From Patescibacteria group bacterium (lineage in GTDB: Bacteria > Patescibacteriota > Patescibacteriia > UBA2196), in contig JAQTPI010000001.1 in assembly GCA_028748975.1 (NCBI GenBank), positions 354 through 64,353 on the forward strand: a DNA stretch of 64,000 bases, read 5' to 3'. Under the pieces are notes generated by a model. That model had not been told where the DNA came from. It searched no databases and saw only the letters and a list, made by a program, of their open reading frames with translations. A program made the position numbers and the translations under genes. Position 1 is the first letter of the stretch; each line of letters begins with the position of its first letter. Below, one piece after another: positions 10,169 to 19,748 of this stretch.

Positions 10169-10171
10169 GAT
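10143..10171 (+). promoter_or_regulatory. sigma70-type promoter for the ORFan operon
   Basis: TTGACA-17 nt-TAAGAT. Confidence 0.65.
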
Positions 10172-10201
10172 AGGTTTATAGAACAATTCACAATCAAATA
10201 A

Positions 10202-10432
10202 ATGGAGGCCCAAGTGATAAAAATTAAATCCTGGATGCCAGACACGGTTTATTGGCTCGGTATTCTTTTAATGATTTTGACGGTCGTTCTTTTACCCGCT
10301 GTTGAAGTCAAATTTTTCATAGCGTTTGCCTTCGCTCTTATTGGCACTTTGGCCAGTAAATCGTTGGAAGGAAATTTAAAAGAACAAAAAAACAAGGAGG
10401 CGCACGATGTCAGCCAGCCTGACCATCATTGA
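10202..10432 (+). CDS. Small membrane hypothetical protein
   Basis: Two hydrophobic segments; first ORF of a five-ORF run. Confidence 0.5.
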   Translation: MEAQVIKIKSWMPDTVYWLGILLMILTVVLLPAVEVKFFIAFAFALIGTLASKSLEGNLKEQKNKEAHDVSQPDHH

Positions 10433-10664
10433 AGTAAAATTATCTTCCGACCCGATTAATGAAAACGAAGATAAAATATTTATTAAAAATGATGACTTTA
10501 TTGAAAAAATATTTTCAGCCAACAAAGATGGTCTCGGGGTCTCTGGCGTTATTTTTTGGAAAGTGGAACCAGAGAAGAATGTGACAATTTTAGTTCCTTA
10601 TGATGATAAGTTTAAGCAGATGTTTCGTCATCCAACCATTAAGATAATTCTGGAAAAACCCTGA
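10407..10664 (+). CDS. Hypothetical protein, paralog-like to 10962..11291
   Basis: AAGGAGG SD; shares MSA...IE and IFWK/VFWK with the later ORF. Confidence 0.6.
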   Translation: MSASLTIIEVKLSSDPINENEDKIFIKNDDFIEKIFSANKDGLGVSGVIFWKVEPEKNVTILVPYDDKFKQMFRHPTIKIILEKP

Positions 10665-10689
10665 ATCAAATCAAAAAAGGAAATTAAAC

Positions 10690-10938
10690 ATGGCGACAGA
10701 AATAGTGAAAATAGGTCAAGCCAGAGTTAATGAACTGGTGGCCGAAGTTCTCCAAAAGATTATCAAGAAAGGATTTTGGACAAAAGAAGAATATCGGCAT
10801 TGTTTGGAAGATAAAGATGCGCGATTCTTGGGTTTATTAGATATGATATCGCTTGATCTTCCTTCTTCTTATGTTGGTGTTATCAATGCTTCGGATGAAG
10901 AAATATCAGAAGCCATCAGAGCTTTTTGCGCCAAATAG
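10690..10938 (+). CDS. Hypothetical protein
   Basis: AAAGGA upstream; operon spacing. Confidence 0.55.
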   Translation: MATEIVKIGQARVNELVAEVLQKIIKKGFWTKEEYRHCLEDKDARFLGLLDMISLDLPSSYVGVINASDEEISEAIRAFCAK

Positions 10939-10961
10939 AGCGAAAATAAAAAGGAGGAAAA

Positions 10962-11291
10962 ATGTCAGCCACGCGGGTCGTCATTGAAGGTAGAATAGAA
11001 TCTGAAATAGTGGACGAATTAGAAAAAAAAGAAAATTTTTTTGATAGTAGAATAATCGATGCAATGTTTCCGTTTATCAAAAAAATGTTCCCCATTACTA
11101 AGGAGGAAGCAGAGAAGATCCTTCCTCAAATTGTTTTCTGGAAAACAATAGAAACACATAATGGTGTAGTACACTTTATCGCTTGTGACAGCAATTTTGA
11201 TCAACTACCAATTCTTCCGCCCATAAGGGTGTTTGTGGCAGAGTCGGAACTTATTAAGTTAGAAAAAGCAATTAAAGGGGGTCGGACATGA
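10962..11291 (+). CDS. Hypothetical protein
   Basis: AAGGAGG SD; ATGA overlap with next ORF. Confidence 0.6.
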   Translation: MSATRVVIEGRIESEIVDELEKKENFFDSRIIDAMFPFIKKMFPITKEEAEKILPQIVFWKTIETHNGVVHFIACDSNFDQLPILPPIRVFVAESELIKLEKAIKGGRT

Positions 11292-11536
11292 CGATTAGAT
11301 ATCTTTTTAAAAAGATTATATTCGAAATAAATATCTCTTGTTATTACAGAAATAAAAACAAGTGGCTGGAACAGGGGAAAGAAGGGCAATTTGTGGCCAT
11401 CAAGGGCGGCCGGCGCCGTGGTTTTTTTGCCACCGCGGAAGAAGCGCATGAAAAAAATAAACCGCCATTTTTTTGCAAACAAATATTAAGACGAGAACCG
11501 GTGTATCACATTCGGAGTCCGCGATTAGCAAGATAA
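11288..11536 (+). CDS. Small hypothetical protein
   Basis: ATGA coupling; G.FVAIKG..GFF.T.EEA; terminator at about 11560-11588. Confidence 0.55.
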   Translation: MTIRYLFKKIIFEINISCYYRNKNKWLEQGKEGQFVAIKGGRRRGFFATAEEAHEKNKPPFFCKQILRREPVYHIRSPRLAR

Positions 11537-11633
11537 AATTATAAAAATAAAACAAATCCGACCCTTTCTTTTGAAAGGGTCTTTTTTCTTGCCAAAATCA
11601 CTGGGATTTAGTAGAATAAAAGTAATCAAAGAG

Positions 11634-11794
11634 TGTCATCCTGATCCGCCAGCTGGCGGAGAAGGATCTCGTCGTTTGTCATCCCGTGCCGAGACACGGG
11701 ATCCAGAAAACAAATACATGGATTCCGGGTCAAGCCCGGAATGATAAGCGGCTACGAGATTCCTCGTCCCGAGTGCTCGGGACTCGGAATGACA
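11634..11794. repeat. Nested TGTCAT..ATGACA elements (inner copy 11677-11746)
   Basis: Outer element with CCGCCAGCTGGCGG and CCCGAGTGCTCGGG modules; inner ends GGATTCCGGGTCAAGCCCGGAATGA. Confidence 0.8.
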
Positions 11795-11805
11795 AACATT
11801 TCTGT

Positions 11806-14742
11806 ATGTTTAATTTACCCACTAAAGAACAGGAAATTCTCAAGCTCTGGCAAGAGAATAATATTTTTGAAAAATCCCTGGCTAAAGACGCACCCAAGGG
11901 CGATTTTGTTTTTTATGACGGTCCGCCGTTTGCCACCGGCACCCCGCACTATGGTCACATCGTCGCCAGTTTAATGAAAGACATTGTGCCAAGATATTGG
12001 ACCATGAAGGGCTTTCGCGTGGAGCGCCGCTGGGGTTGGGATTGCCACGGTTTGCCGATTGAAAATATTGTGGAGGAAGAAATGGGCATCAAAAGCAAAA
12101 AAGATATTGAAAAAATTGGTATTGAAAAATTTAATGAAGCTTGCCACTCCAAAGTTTTAATGTACGCCGAAGAATGGCGTAAAGTTGTGGCCAGAATGGG
12201 CCGCTGGGTTGACATGGACAACGATTATAAAACCATGGATAAAGATTATATGGAATCGATTTGGTGGGTTTTTAAGGAGCTTTGGAATAAAGATTTAATC
12301 TACGAGGGCTACAAATCCATGCACATTTGCCCGCGCTGTGAAACCACTCTTTCACAGTCAGAGGTGGCCGAAGGTTATCGCGACACCAAAGACATTTCTG
12401 TCACTGTAAAATTTGAACTGGTTGATGAACCGGGAACTTTTGTTTTGGCCTGGACCACCACGCCGTGGACTTTAATGGGCAACGTGGCACTCGCGGTTGG
12501 TAAGGATGTTGAGTATTTTAGATTTAAAGGAAAAAATAAAAAAACAGGCGAAGAAATTATTTATATAGTTGCTAAAGATTTAGCCGCAAAAATTTTTGAT
12601 GTTAAAGACGGAAGAATTGCAAATAGATTTATTTATGATGATTTTGAATTTGAATGGAATGGCGCCTACTCGGGAAACACTTTAGCTCATAAATTTAAGA
12701 AGTACAAACCACTTTTTGATTATTATCAAGATAAAAATTTAGAAAACAAAGAAAATCTTTATACCATTCAAACGGCTGATTTTGTGACGACCGAGGATGG
12801 CACCGGCGTAGTGCATATTGCTCCGGCTTTTGGCGAAGACGATCTAAATTTGGGCCGTGCGAAAAAATTGCCGTTTATTCAGCACGTTGGCATGGATGGA
12901 AGGATTAAAGATGAAGTCAAAGATTTTGCCGGCTTGGAAGTCAAACCCAAGGACGACCCGACTGCCACCGACAAAAAAATTATAGAATTTTTGCAAAAGA
13001 AAAATTTGGTTTTTGCCACGGAAGAATACACCCACAGTTATCCGTTTTGTTGGCGCTGTGACAGTCCGCTTTTAAATTACGCCACCAGTTCGCTTTTTGT
13101 CAAAGTGGAAGAAATAAAGAAGCAGGCGCTAAAAACAGCTGAAAGAATAAATTGGGTGCCGGCGCACCTGAAAGAGGGTCGTTTTGGACAATGGCTGGAA
13201 GGCGCCAGAGATTGGTCAATTTCTCGTCAGAGATTTTGGGGTTCGGTCGTTCCGCTTTGGGTTTGCGATAAGTGCGGCGAGAAAAAAGTAATGGGTGGTG
13301 TGGAAGAACTGGAAAAAATAAGTGGCAAAAAAGTTGAAGATTTACACAAACATTATATTGATAAAATTACTTTCAAGTGTGAAAAGCATGACGGCATAAT
13401 GAAAAGAGTTCCCGATGTTTTAGATTGCTGGTTTGAATCCGGCTCCATGCCCTATGCCCAGATGCATTATCCTTTCGAAAATAAGGAAAAATTTGAAGCC
13501 AATTTTCCGGCGGAATTTATTGCCGAAGGCGTGGACCAGACTCGCGCCTGGTTCTATTATATGCATATTTTGGCCAATGGCTTGAAAAAAACCAATGCTT
13601 TCAAAAATGTCATTGCCAACGGTATTGTTTTGGCCGAAGATGGCAAAAAGATGTCCAAGAAATTGCGCAATTACCCCGACCCGATGGATTTAATGGAAAA
13701 ATCCGGTGCTGACACTATGCGTTATTATCTCTGCGCTTCGCAGGTGATGAAGGCCGACAATCTTTGTTTTTCCGAAAAAGACATGAAAGAGCAAACTCGA
13801 TTTTTCAACACGCTTTTTAATGTTTTGTCTTTTTATCAAATGTATGAAAATCAGTTTTCCGGAACAGAACTTTTTCAAGCCGACGCCAAACCGAAAAACA
13901 TTTTGGATAAATGGATTTTGGCGCGCCTTCACGAAACAATAAAAAAGATGACAGAAAAATTGGATGCTTATGACTTGCATGCTGTGCGCGAACTCCCGCT
14001 TTTTATTGACGAACTTTCCACCTGGTATGTCCGCCGATCGCGCGACCGGTTTAAGGGGGATGATGAAAAAGATAAAAACCAGGCCATTTTCACCCTGGGC
14101 AAGGTTTTGTTTGAATTATCAAAATTACTGGCTCCTTTCACTCCTTTTACTGCCGAGCATCTCTATCAAGAACTTGGTAAAAATTGTGGCAGTTTGAAAG
14201 AGTCGGTGCATTTGGAGGATTGGACTGAATATAATAAAAAACTAATTGACCAAAAAGTTTTGGACTACATGAGTGTCACGCACCAAGTGGTGGAGTTGGG
14301 TTTGGCCAAACGCGCGGAAGTTGGGATAAAAGTGAGACAGCCGTTACAAAAATTAACAATTAACAATCAACAATTAACAATAGAATATACAGATTTAATA
14401 AAAGACGAATTGAATGTCAAAGGGGTTGTTTGTGAAAAGGGAAGTGGGGAACTTGCCGTGGAATTAGATACCGAACTCACTGACGAACTTAAAGAAGAGG
14501 GAATTTTACGTGAATTGACCCGCACCATTAATGGCTTAAGAAAAGATGCCAAATTAACCATTGACGATTTTATTAAATTGGAATACAATACTACTGATGA
14601 ACAAATCAGCCGGGTTTTTGAAAAATACAGTGACGATCTCAAAAAATCAATTTTAGCCAAAGAAATCTCCAAAATAGAGGAGGATTTGGAGAAAGTAAAA
14701 ATCAATGAAGCTGAAATTGGTCTGAAAATCACTAAAATTTAA
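11806..14742 (+). CDS. ileS: Isoleucine-tRNA ligase (type 2)
   Basis: DGPPFATGTPHYGH, GWDCHGLP, WTTTPWTL, KMSK; start ATG 11806 (upstream extension is repeat-derived). Confidence 0.97.
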   Translation: MFNLPTKEQEILKLWQENNIFEKSLAKDAPKGDFVFYDGPPFATGTPHYGHIVASLMKDIVPRYWTMKGFRVERRWGWDCHGLPIENIVEEEMGIKSKKDIEKIGIEKFNEACHSKVLMYAEEWRKVVARMGRWVDMDNDYKTMDKDYMESIWWVFKELWNKDLIYEGYKSMHICPRCETTLSQSEVAEGYRDTKDISVTVKFELVDEPGTFVLAWTTTPWTLMGNVALAVGKDVEYFRFKGKNKKTGEEIIYIVAKDLAAKIFDVKDGRIANRFIYDDFEFEWNGAYSGNTLAHKFKKYKPLFDYYQDKNLENKENLYTIQTADFVTTEDGTGVVHIAPAFGEDDLNLGRAKKLPFIQHVGMDGRIKDEVKDFAGLEVKPKDDPTATDKKIIEFLQKKNLVFATEEYTHSYPFCWRCDSPLLNYATSSLFVKVEEIKKQALKTAERINWVPAHLKEGRFGQWLEGARDWSISRQRFWGSVVPLWVCDKCGEKKVMGGVEELEKISGKKVEDLHKHYIDKITFKCEKHDGIMKRVPDVLDCWFESGSMPYAQMHYPFENKEKFEANFPAEFIAEGVDQTRAWFYYMHILANGLKKTNAFKNVIANGIVLAEDGKKMSKKLRNYPDPMDLMEKSGADTMRYYLCASQVMKADNLCFSEKDMKEQTRFFNTLFNVLSFYQMYENQFSGTELFQADAKPKNILDKWILARLHETIKKMTEKLDAYDLHAVRELPLFIDELSTWYVRRSRDRFKGDDEKDKNQAIFTLGKVLFELSKLLAPFTPFTAEHLYQELGKNCGSLKESVHLEDWTEYNKKLIDQKVLDYMSVTHQVVELGLAKRAEVGIKVRQPLQKLTINNQQLTIEYTDLIKDELNVKGVVCEKGSGELAVELDTELTDELKEEGILRELTRTINGLRKDAKLTIDDFIKLEYNTTDEQISRVFEKYSDDLKKSILAKEISKIEEDLEKVKINEAEIGLKITKI

Positions 14743-14763
14743 CAAGTCAAACGAGGAGGAAAA

Positions 14764-15342
14764 ATGAACGTGGAAGCTGGAAAGAAGAAAAAAATCTTTT
14801 TGATTTGTCCGGTGCGCGAGGTTACCGATACGGAAAAAGAAGCCATTGCGCAATATGTTGCCGCTTTGAAAAAAGACGGTCACTCGGTTTATTGGCCGCT
14901 GACCGATACCAATCAAGATGACTCCGTCGGCCTGCGTATTTGCCAGGATAATCGTGCCGCCATCATCGCCGCTGACGAAATTCATATTTGGTGGAATGGC
15001 AAATCTCAAGGATCTATTTTTGATTTTGGCATGGCCTTTGGTTTAAATAAAAAAATAGTTCTTGTTAATTATGATGAAGTTCCAGCCACTCCGTATAAAA
15101 GTTTCAATAATGTCTTAAGAGAAATTGGTACCACCAAAGAAACTTTAACGCCCTTAGAAAAATTTAAGCTGGCGGCATTGTCGACCGAGGAAGTTACGGA
15201 CGATCAAGTTGAAGGGCTTTTTTTGGAATTTGAAGCTGGCTCCGAAGAAGAGTTATTGGAAGTAATCGAAATCGTGGAAATATATCGGCCAGTGCTTTGG
15301 CAAAAACTACAAAAAGAACATCGTGAGAGAATGGGTAAGTAA
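14764..15342 (+). CDS. Nucleoside 2-deoxyribosyltransferase-like protein with C-terminal extension
   Basis: IFLICP..VYWP..IC.DN.AAI.AAD..SQGSIFDFGMAF..KKIV; GAGGAGG SD. Confidence 0.65.
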   Translation: MNVEAGKKKKIFLICPVREVTDTEKEAIAQYVAALKKDGHSVYWPLTDTNQDDSVGLRICQDNRAAIIAADEIHIWWNGKSQGSIFDFGMAFGLNKKIVLVNYDEVPATPYKSFNNVLREIGTTKETLTPLEKFKLAALSTEEVTDDQVEGLFLEFEAGSEEELLEVIEIVEIYRPVLWQKLQKEHRERMGK

Positions 15343-15452
15343 TCATCCCATCTTTTTATCGGTAACCCGCCTTCAATCATCGGCGGGTTTTTTCTTTTTT
15401 GTTTTTGGTGATAAGATTATTTTGTCGTTCCAACTTTCCAATAAACGTGCCG

Positions 15453-15575
15453 TTATCCCCTCCTTTCGAAGGAGGGGTCGGCCGATACCAATCGGCCGGG
15501 GGTGGTTGTGGTGTTTTTACAACCCCTCCGGTCCCGAGGACTCGGGACCACCTCCCCTTCGAAAGGGGAGGATAA
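15453..15575. repeat. CCCCTCC-TTCGAA-GGAGGGG multi-hairpin element
   Basis: Related copies at 31305-31432 (inside a CDS), 41124-41177 and 52430-52551. Confidence 0.85.
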
Positions 15576-15579
15576 AAAT

Positions 15580-16236
15580 ATGTATTTCTCATTAAATTCC
15601 ATCATTCTCTCCCGCACCGCTTTCCGTGAAGATGATCTCCTGGTAAAAATCTATTCCCAAGAGCGCGGCAAGCTGACGCTCGTGGCGCGGGGCGCGAAAA
15701 AAATAAAAAGCAAATTGGCCGGACATCTGGAACCAATTTCTTTGTCATTTCTGGAAAGCGCGCGCGGAAAAAGTTTGGACCAGCTCATCGGCGCGCAAAT
15801 CATCAAAAGCTATGCCGGTATAAAAAACGATATTTTAAAAACCGCTTACGCCAATTATTTTTTGGAGCTTTTGGATGAACTCACTTTTGAAAACCACGCC
15901 GACCGCCGCGTTTTTGAATTAACCAGAAAATACCTTGACTTCCTAGATACCGCAGTCTACAATGATTTAGTCATCGGCAGAATTACGGCTGTTTTCAAAT
16001 TACTCTCATTTCTGGGTTTTAACCCGGCCCACAAAGCCGAACTTGGCTTTAAAAATGAAATAAATTATGTTGTCAGTAAGGGCCTAAGCGAAATCAAAAG
16101 AAATATAAAAATAATTTCAGTTCTTTCAAAATTAGATAAAATTCTCAAAGCCGAACTGGAGGAACACCTGCGCCAAAACCTAAAATCAGAGGAGTTTTTG
16201 AAAAATATTACTAATACAGGGGTGAAAGATGGATAA
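15580..16236 (+). CDS. recO: DNA repair protein RecO
   Basis: IIL....RE.D.LV..YS.E.GKL...ARGA.K.KSKLAG.LEP. Confidence 0.9.
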   Translation: MYFSLNSIILSRTAFREDDLLVKIYSQERGKLTLVARGAKKIKSKLAGHLEPISLSFLESARGKSLDQLIGAQIIKSYAGIKNDILKTAYANYFLELLDELTFENHADRRVFELTRKYLDFLDTAVYNDLVIGRITAVFKLLSFLGFNPAHKAELGFKNEINYVVSKGLSEIKRNIKIISVLSKLDKILKAELEEHLRQNLKSEEFLKNITNTGVKDG

Positions 16237-16350
16237 AATATTTTTACTGCACCATTTAAAAACTTGCGGGCAACGTCTAAAACCCTAGTCCCGCCGGCTA
16301 ACACCAGCCACGGGATTTTTTATTTTTTTCTATAAAATCTATAAAACACA

Positions 16351-16388
16351 TTCTGTAAATACCTCACGATCGTGAGGTATTTACAGAA
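16351..16388. repeat. Perfect 38-bp palindrome with CGATCG centre
   Basis: TTCTGTAAATACCTCACGATCGTGAGGTATTTACAGAA. Confidence 0.9.
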
Positions 16389-16555
16389 ATTACCAAGTGT
16401 CAATAAACTTGATTTTTAAGAGAAAAACAGCTAAGATAAAAATACTACGAATTATGAATTTTTTACAAATAGACAGATGTACAAATCGGACGGATTTGAA
16501 TTATTTGTATATTTGTACTTGATTTGTAATTCGTATTAAATTCAGTATTAAATTT

Positions 16556-17788
16556 ATGTTTGAGATACTCCACCAATCCAAAAAATCTTCCGCTCGGCGC
16601 GGAATTTTAAAAACCGCGCACGGCGCAATCCCGACGCCATTTTTTTTGCCCATTGCCACCAAGGGCTCGGTCAAAGCCCTTGCTTCTTCTGATCTAAAAA
16701 ATTTGGGCGCCGAAATTATTCTTTCCAACACTTATCACTTATATCTTCAGCCAGGGCTAAAAGTTCTAAAAAAATTTGGCGGTTTGCACAAGTTTATGAA
16801 CTGGCAGGGGCCAATTCTAACCGATTCCGGTGGCTATCAGGTGTTTTCTCTTGGCGCTGGCAAAAGAGAAAAGAAAGACGTCAGTTTTGTAAAAATTATC
16901 AAAGATGGTGTCAAATTCAAATCATTTCTTGACGGCAGTGAACATTTTTTTACACCCGAGAGTGTCCAAGAAATTCAAGACATAATCGGTGCCGATATTA
17001 AAATGGTTTTGGACGTTTGTTCTCCGCACCCTTGTTCTAAAAAGCAAGCGGCCAAAGATCTAGAATTAACCCACGAATGGGCCAAGCGGGCGCTGGAGTA
17101 CCAAAGAGATAAGAGATATGAGATAAGAGATAAGAATAACAAAAATCGATCCGCCAAATTGGCGGGCGAAATTCAAAATTCCCTTTTGTTTGGCATTGTC
17201 CAGGGTTCAACCTATAAAGATCTGCGCCTCAAGTCCGCCAAGTTTTTGAGCAAATTAAATTTCGATGGTCTAGCCATCGGCGGTTTGGCCGTGGGCGAAG
17301 AAAACAAAAAAATGTATGAAGTTTTAAAATATACCGTGCCCGAATTGCCAAAAAATAAACCGCGCTATTTAATGGGCGTGGGCAAACCGGAAAATATAAT
17401 TGAGGCAGTCAAACAGGGGATTGATATGTTTGATTGCGTTATCCCGACGCGCGAAGCGCGCCACGGCCGGCTCTATTTGTGGTGCCATCCTGAGCGAAGC
17501 CCGCTTCGGTCGCGAAGCGAGGCGAGCGAAGGACCTCATAGAAACATTACTAAGAAAAACTTCTATAAAATTATCAATATTAATAATGCCAAATTCAAAA
17601 ACAATACCAAGCCAATTGATAAAAATTGCTCTTGCGAATTCTGCCAAAACTACAGCGCCGGCTATTTACAGCATCTTTTTAAAGCTGGTGAGCCTTTGGC
17701 CTTGCGTTTGGCCACTTTGCATAATTTAAAATTCTTCCTTGACCTATTTTTTCAAATACGTTACGATATAAAAAAGGGCACTTTGTAA
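16556..17788 (+). CDS. tgt: tRNA-guanine transglycosylase with two repeat-derived inserts
   Basis: NTYHL, LTDSGGYQVFSL, GIVQG, PRYLMGVG, DMFDCVIPTR, CxCxxC..HN. Confidence 0.97.
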   Translation: MFEILHQSKKSSARRGILKTAHGAIPTPFFLPIATKGSVKALASSDLKNLGAEIILSNTYHLYLQPGLKVLKKFGGLHKFMNWQGPILTDSGGYQVFSLGAGKREKKDVSFVKIIKDGVKFKSFLDGSEHFFTPESVQEIQDIIGADIKMVLDVCSPHPCSKKQAAKDLELTHEWAKRALEYQRDKRYEIRDKNNKNRSAKLAGEIQNSLLFGIVQGSTYKDLRLKSAKFLSKLNFDGLAIGGLAVGEENKKMYEVLKYTVPELPKNKPRYLMGVGKPENIIEAVKQGIDMFDCVIPTREARHGRLYLWCHPERSPLRSRSEASEGPHRNITKKNFYKIININNAKFKNNTKPIDKNCSCEFCQNYSAGYLQHLFKAGEPLALRLATLHNLKFFLDLFFQIRYDIKKGTL

Positions 17789-17816
17789 ATTAGGAACCAA
17801 AAAGGAGGAACCAAGC

Positions 17817-18332
17817 ATGTCTCAGGCAACCTGGGATGATTATTTCATTATGCTGGCATTTGCGGTCGCTTCTAAATCAAAAGATACCAGCACAAAAGTG
17901 GGTGTGGTAATTGTCGGCCCCAATCATGGCATGCGCTCAACTGGTTATAATGATTTTCCAAGAAGAGTCAAAGATGATATTCCTGAGCGCCGCGTGCGTC
18001 CGGAAAAGTATCTTTGGACTGAACACACTGAACGTAATGCAATTTACAACGCGGCTAATGCTGGAATTGCCATCAATGGTTGCACCATGTATATTAATTG
18101 GGAACCATATCCTTGTCCTGATTGTGCCAGAGCCGTCATCCAGGCTGGTATTATAGAAGTGGTTGGTCCCGACAGGCCGTTCGTTAGCGTCGCTTCTGCC
18201 AACCGACAAAACTGGGAAGAGGGTTTCAAAAGAACCAAAGAAATGTTTGCTGAAGCTGGCATTGTTTCTCGTATCGTTCCCTTTACTCAAGACCGGATTT
18301 TATTTATGAACCATTTTAGCCCGTCATCATGA
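17817..18332 (+). CDS. dCMP deaminase family protein
   Basis: WDDYF, SKD.STKVG, TGYN.FPR, HTERNAI, PCPDC; AAGGAGG SD; terminator 18318-18343. Confidence 0.9.
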   Translation: MSQATWDDYFIMLAFAVASKSKDTSTKVGVVIVGPNHGMRSTGYNDFPRRVKDDIPERRVRPEKYLWTEHTERNAIYNAANAGIAINGCTMYINWEPYPCPDCARAVIQAGIIEVVGPDRPFVSVASANRQNWEEGFKRTKEMFAEAGIVSRIVPFTQDRILFMNHFSPSS

Positions 18333-18374
18333 TGGGCTTTTTTATTTGACTCTGAAAAATGATATAATTAAACT

Positions 18375-19523
18375 ATGTTAATCTTCTGTTCGCACTGCCA
18401 AGGACAAAATGATTCCTGCCCGGTTTGCGGTGGCCGTCGTGTCGCCCTGGTTTCTTTTGGCCGGGCGGTTTTTTGGCGCCGAAATTTATCTTTGTCAGCC
18501 ATCCGCGCAAGAATTTTTTGGCGGCTGGCACGGCAAATCATGGAAGGCCTGCTTTTGGTCTATTTAATTTCAGCCATCACTATAATTTTTTATCTGCTTC
18601 TTTTTTCTCAAAACATTGATCATCGTCTTCTGGCGCGTCTGGGTTTCACCGCCTTGATAATAATTTTATATTTTTTCTATGGCGTTAATCGTCAGCGTTT
18701 GAGTCAAGAAAAAACAGCGCCATCTTTTCTGCCAACCGCGCTCTGGCCAGCGGAAGAAAATGAAATTTGGCAAAAATATTCGCGTTTTGAAAAAGTTAAT
18801 TGCGCCCCCGCTTTTGCTTCCACCGCCCTGATTTTAATTGACCAGGCCGCCGGTTTGGCGCGAGCCAGAAAACAAACCTTCGGCCCTGCCCATCTTTTTT
18901 ATCTGCTTATTTTCAAAACTGAAATTAAATATTATCTGGCTCGTTTTGAAATTGATTTAATGGTTTTGCAAAAACGCCTTAAAAAAGGCTTAGCATTAAT
19001 ACCAGTTGGTTCGGGTCTAGCCAAGGAAATGCTGGAAATATTTTTATTGGCTTATCGCGGGGCAATTGAAAGCGGTCGGAGGGTAGTCGGTCTTGATGAA
19101 ATTTTTCTTTCTTTTTTCACGCATAAAAATTTGGCCGGGAATATTTTAAGAGATTTGGGTCTGACGGAAGTTGATGGGCGTAATTTAATTTTTTGGTCAG
19201 AGGCGCAAAAAGAAGCGGCCCTAACTTCCAGAAAAACAGCACCAAAAACGAACGTCCCAGTCGCGCCCCAAGCGGATTTGAATGAAATTTTTAAGAAAAT
19301 CGCGGTCCAAACGCCTTTTTGGGAACGCCGAGAGCGGATACATTTTTCTTACCGTGCGCTTTTGGCGGCGGCCAAAATTCACCAGAATCTGTTTTCAGGA
19401 GAGACGACTTTGGATAAAATTTTTGCCGTCCTGAATTCCGCGGCGCAGCGCGTCCGGCACGAGCGCGGAGCGGGTGCGCTGGTGATGGCAGAGGATGTAA
19501 AAGGAATAAGTATTAAGGAATAG
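18375..19523 (+). CDS. Membrane protein with N-terminal CxxC..CxxC and a Clp N-domain-like region, no ATPase domain
   Basis: CSHC..CPVCGG, two TM helices, A..LA......GPAHLF pattern; no Walker A/B. Confidence 0.55.
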   Translation: MLIFCSHCQGQNDSCPVCGGRRVALVSFGRAVFWRRNLSLSAIRARIFWRLARQIMEGLLLVYLISAITIIFYLLLFSQNIDHRLLARLGFTALIIILYFFYGVNRQRLSQEKTAPSFLPTALWPAEENEIWQKYSRFEKVNCAPAFASTALILIDQAAGLARARKQTFGPAHLFYLLIFKTEIKYYLARFEIDLMVLQKRLKKGLALIPVGSGLAKEMLEIFLLAYRGAIESGRRVVGLDEIFLSFFTHKNLAGNILRDLGLTEVDGRNLIFWSEAQKEAALTSRKTAPKTNVPVAPQADLNEIFKKIAVQTPFWERRERIHFSYRALLAAAKIHQNLFSGETTLDKIFAVLNSAAQRVRHERGAGALVMAEDVKGISIKE

Positions 19524-19657
19524 GGAAGTAAGTAATAAAAGCAATGGAGTAATAAAAGTAATAAAAAATTAGAGGCCGGGCCGACGTCTGTCGGCCCGGC
19601 CTTCTCTATATTTGCCAAGAAATCGTCTTTATTCTATAATTAAGTATATGAATTTTC

Positions 19658-19738
19658 TACGAATGTACGAATAAAACGAATATACGAATAGCTTCATTTT
19701 TATAGATTCGTACATTCGTAAAATTCGTAAATTTGTAG
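19658..19738. repeat. Inverted tandem array (TACGAAT)n..(ATTCGTA)n
   Basis: Four forward and four reverse units; degenerate relative at 16446-16549. Confidence 0.8.
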
Positions 19739-19748
19739 CTTTCAAACT

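Noticed and set aside
5285-11536. Prophage suggested by tail-fibre-like protein and ORFans
   Set aside because: No integrase, terminase, capsid or portal; ORFans are interleaved with core genes.
11686-11805. N-terminal extensions in the ORF track (ileS, recO, AI-2E, ATP-grasp, rmuC, DciA-like, pheT, secE)
   Set aside because: They are read-through of upstream repeat elements from GTG/TTG or repeat-internal starts; homology begins at the downstream ATG.
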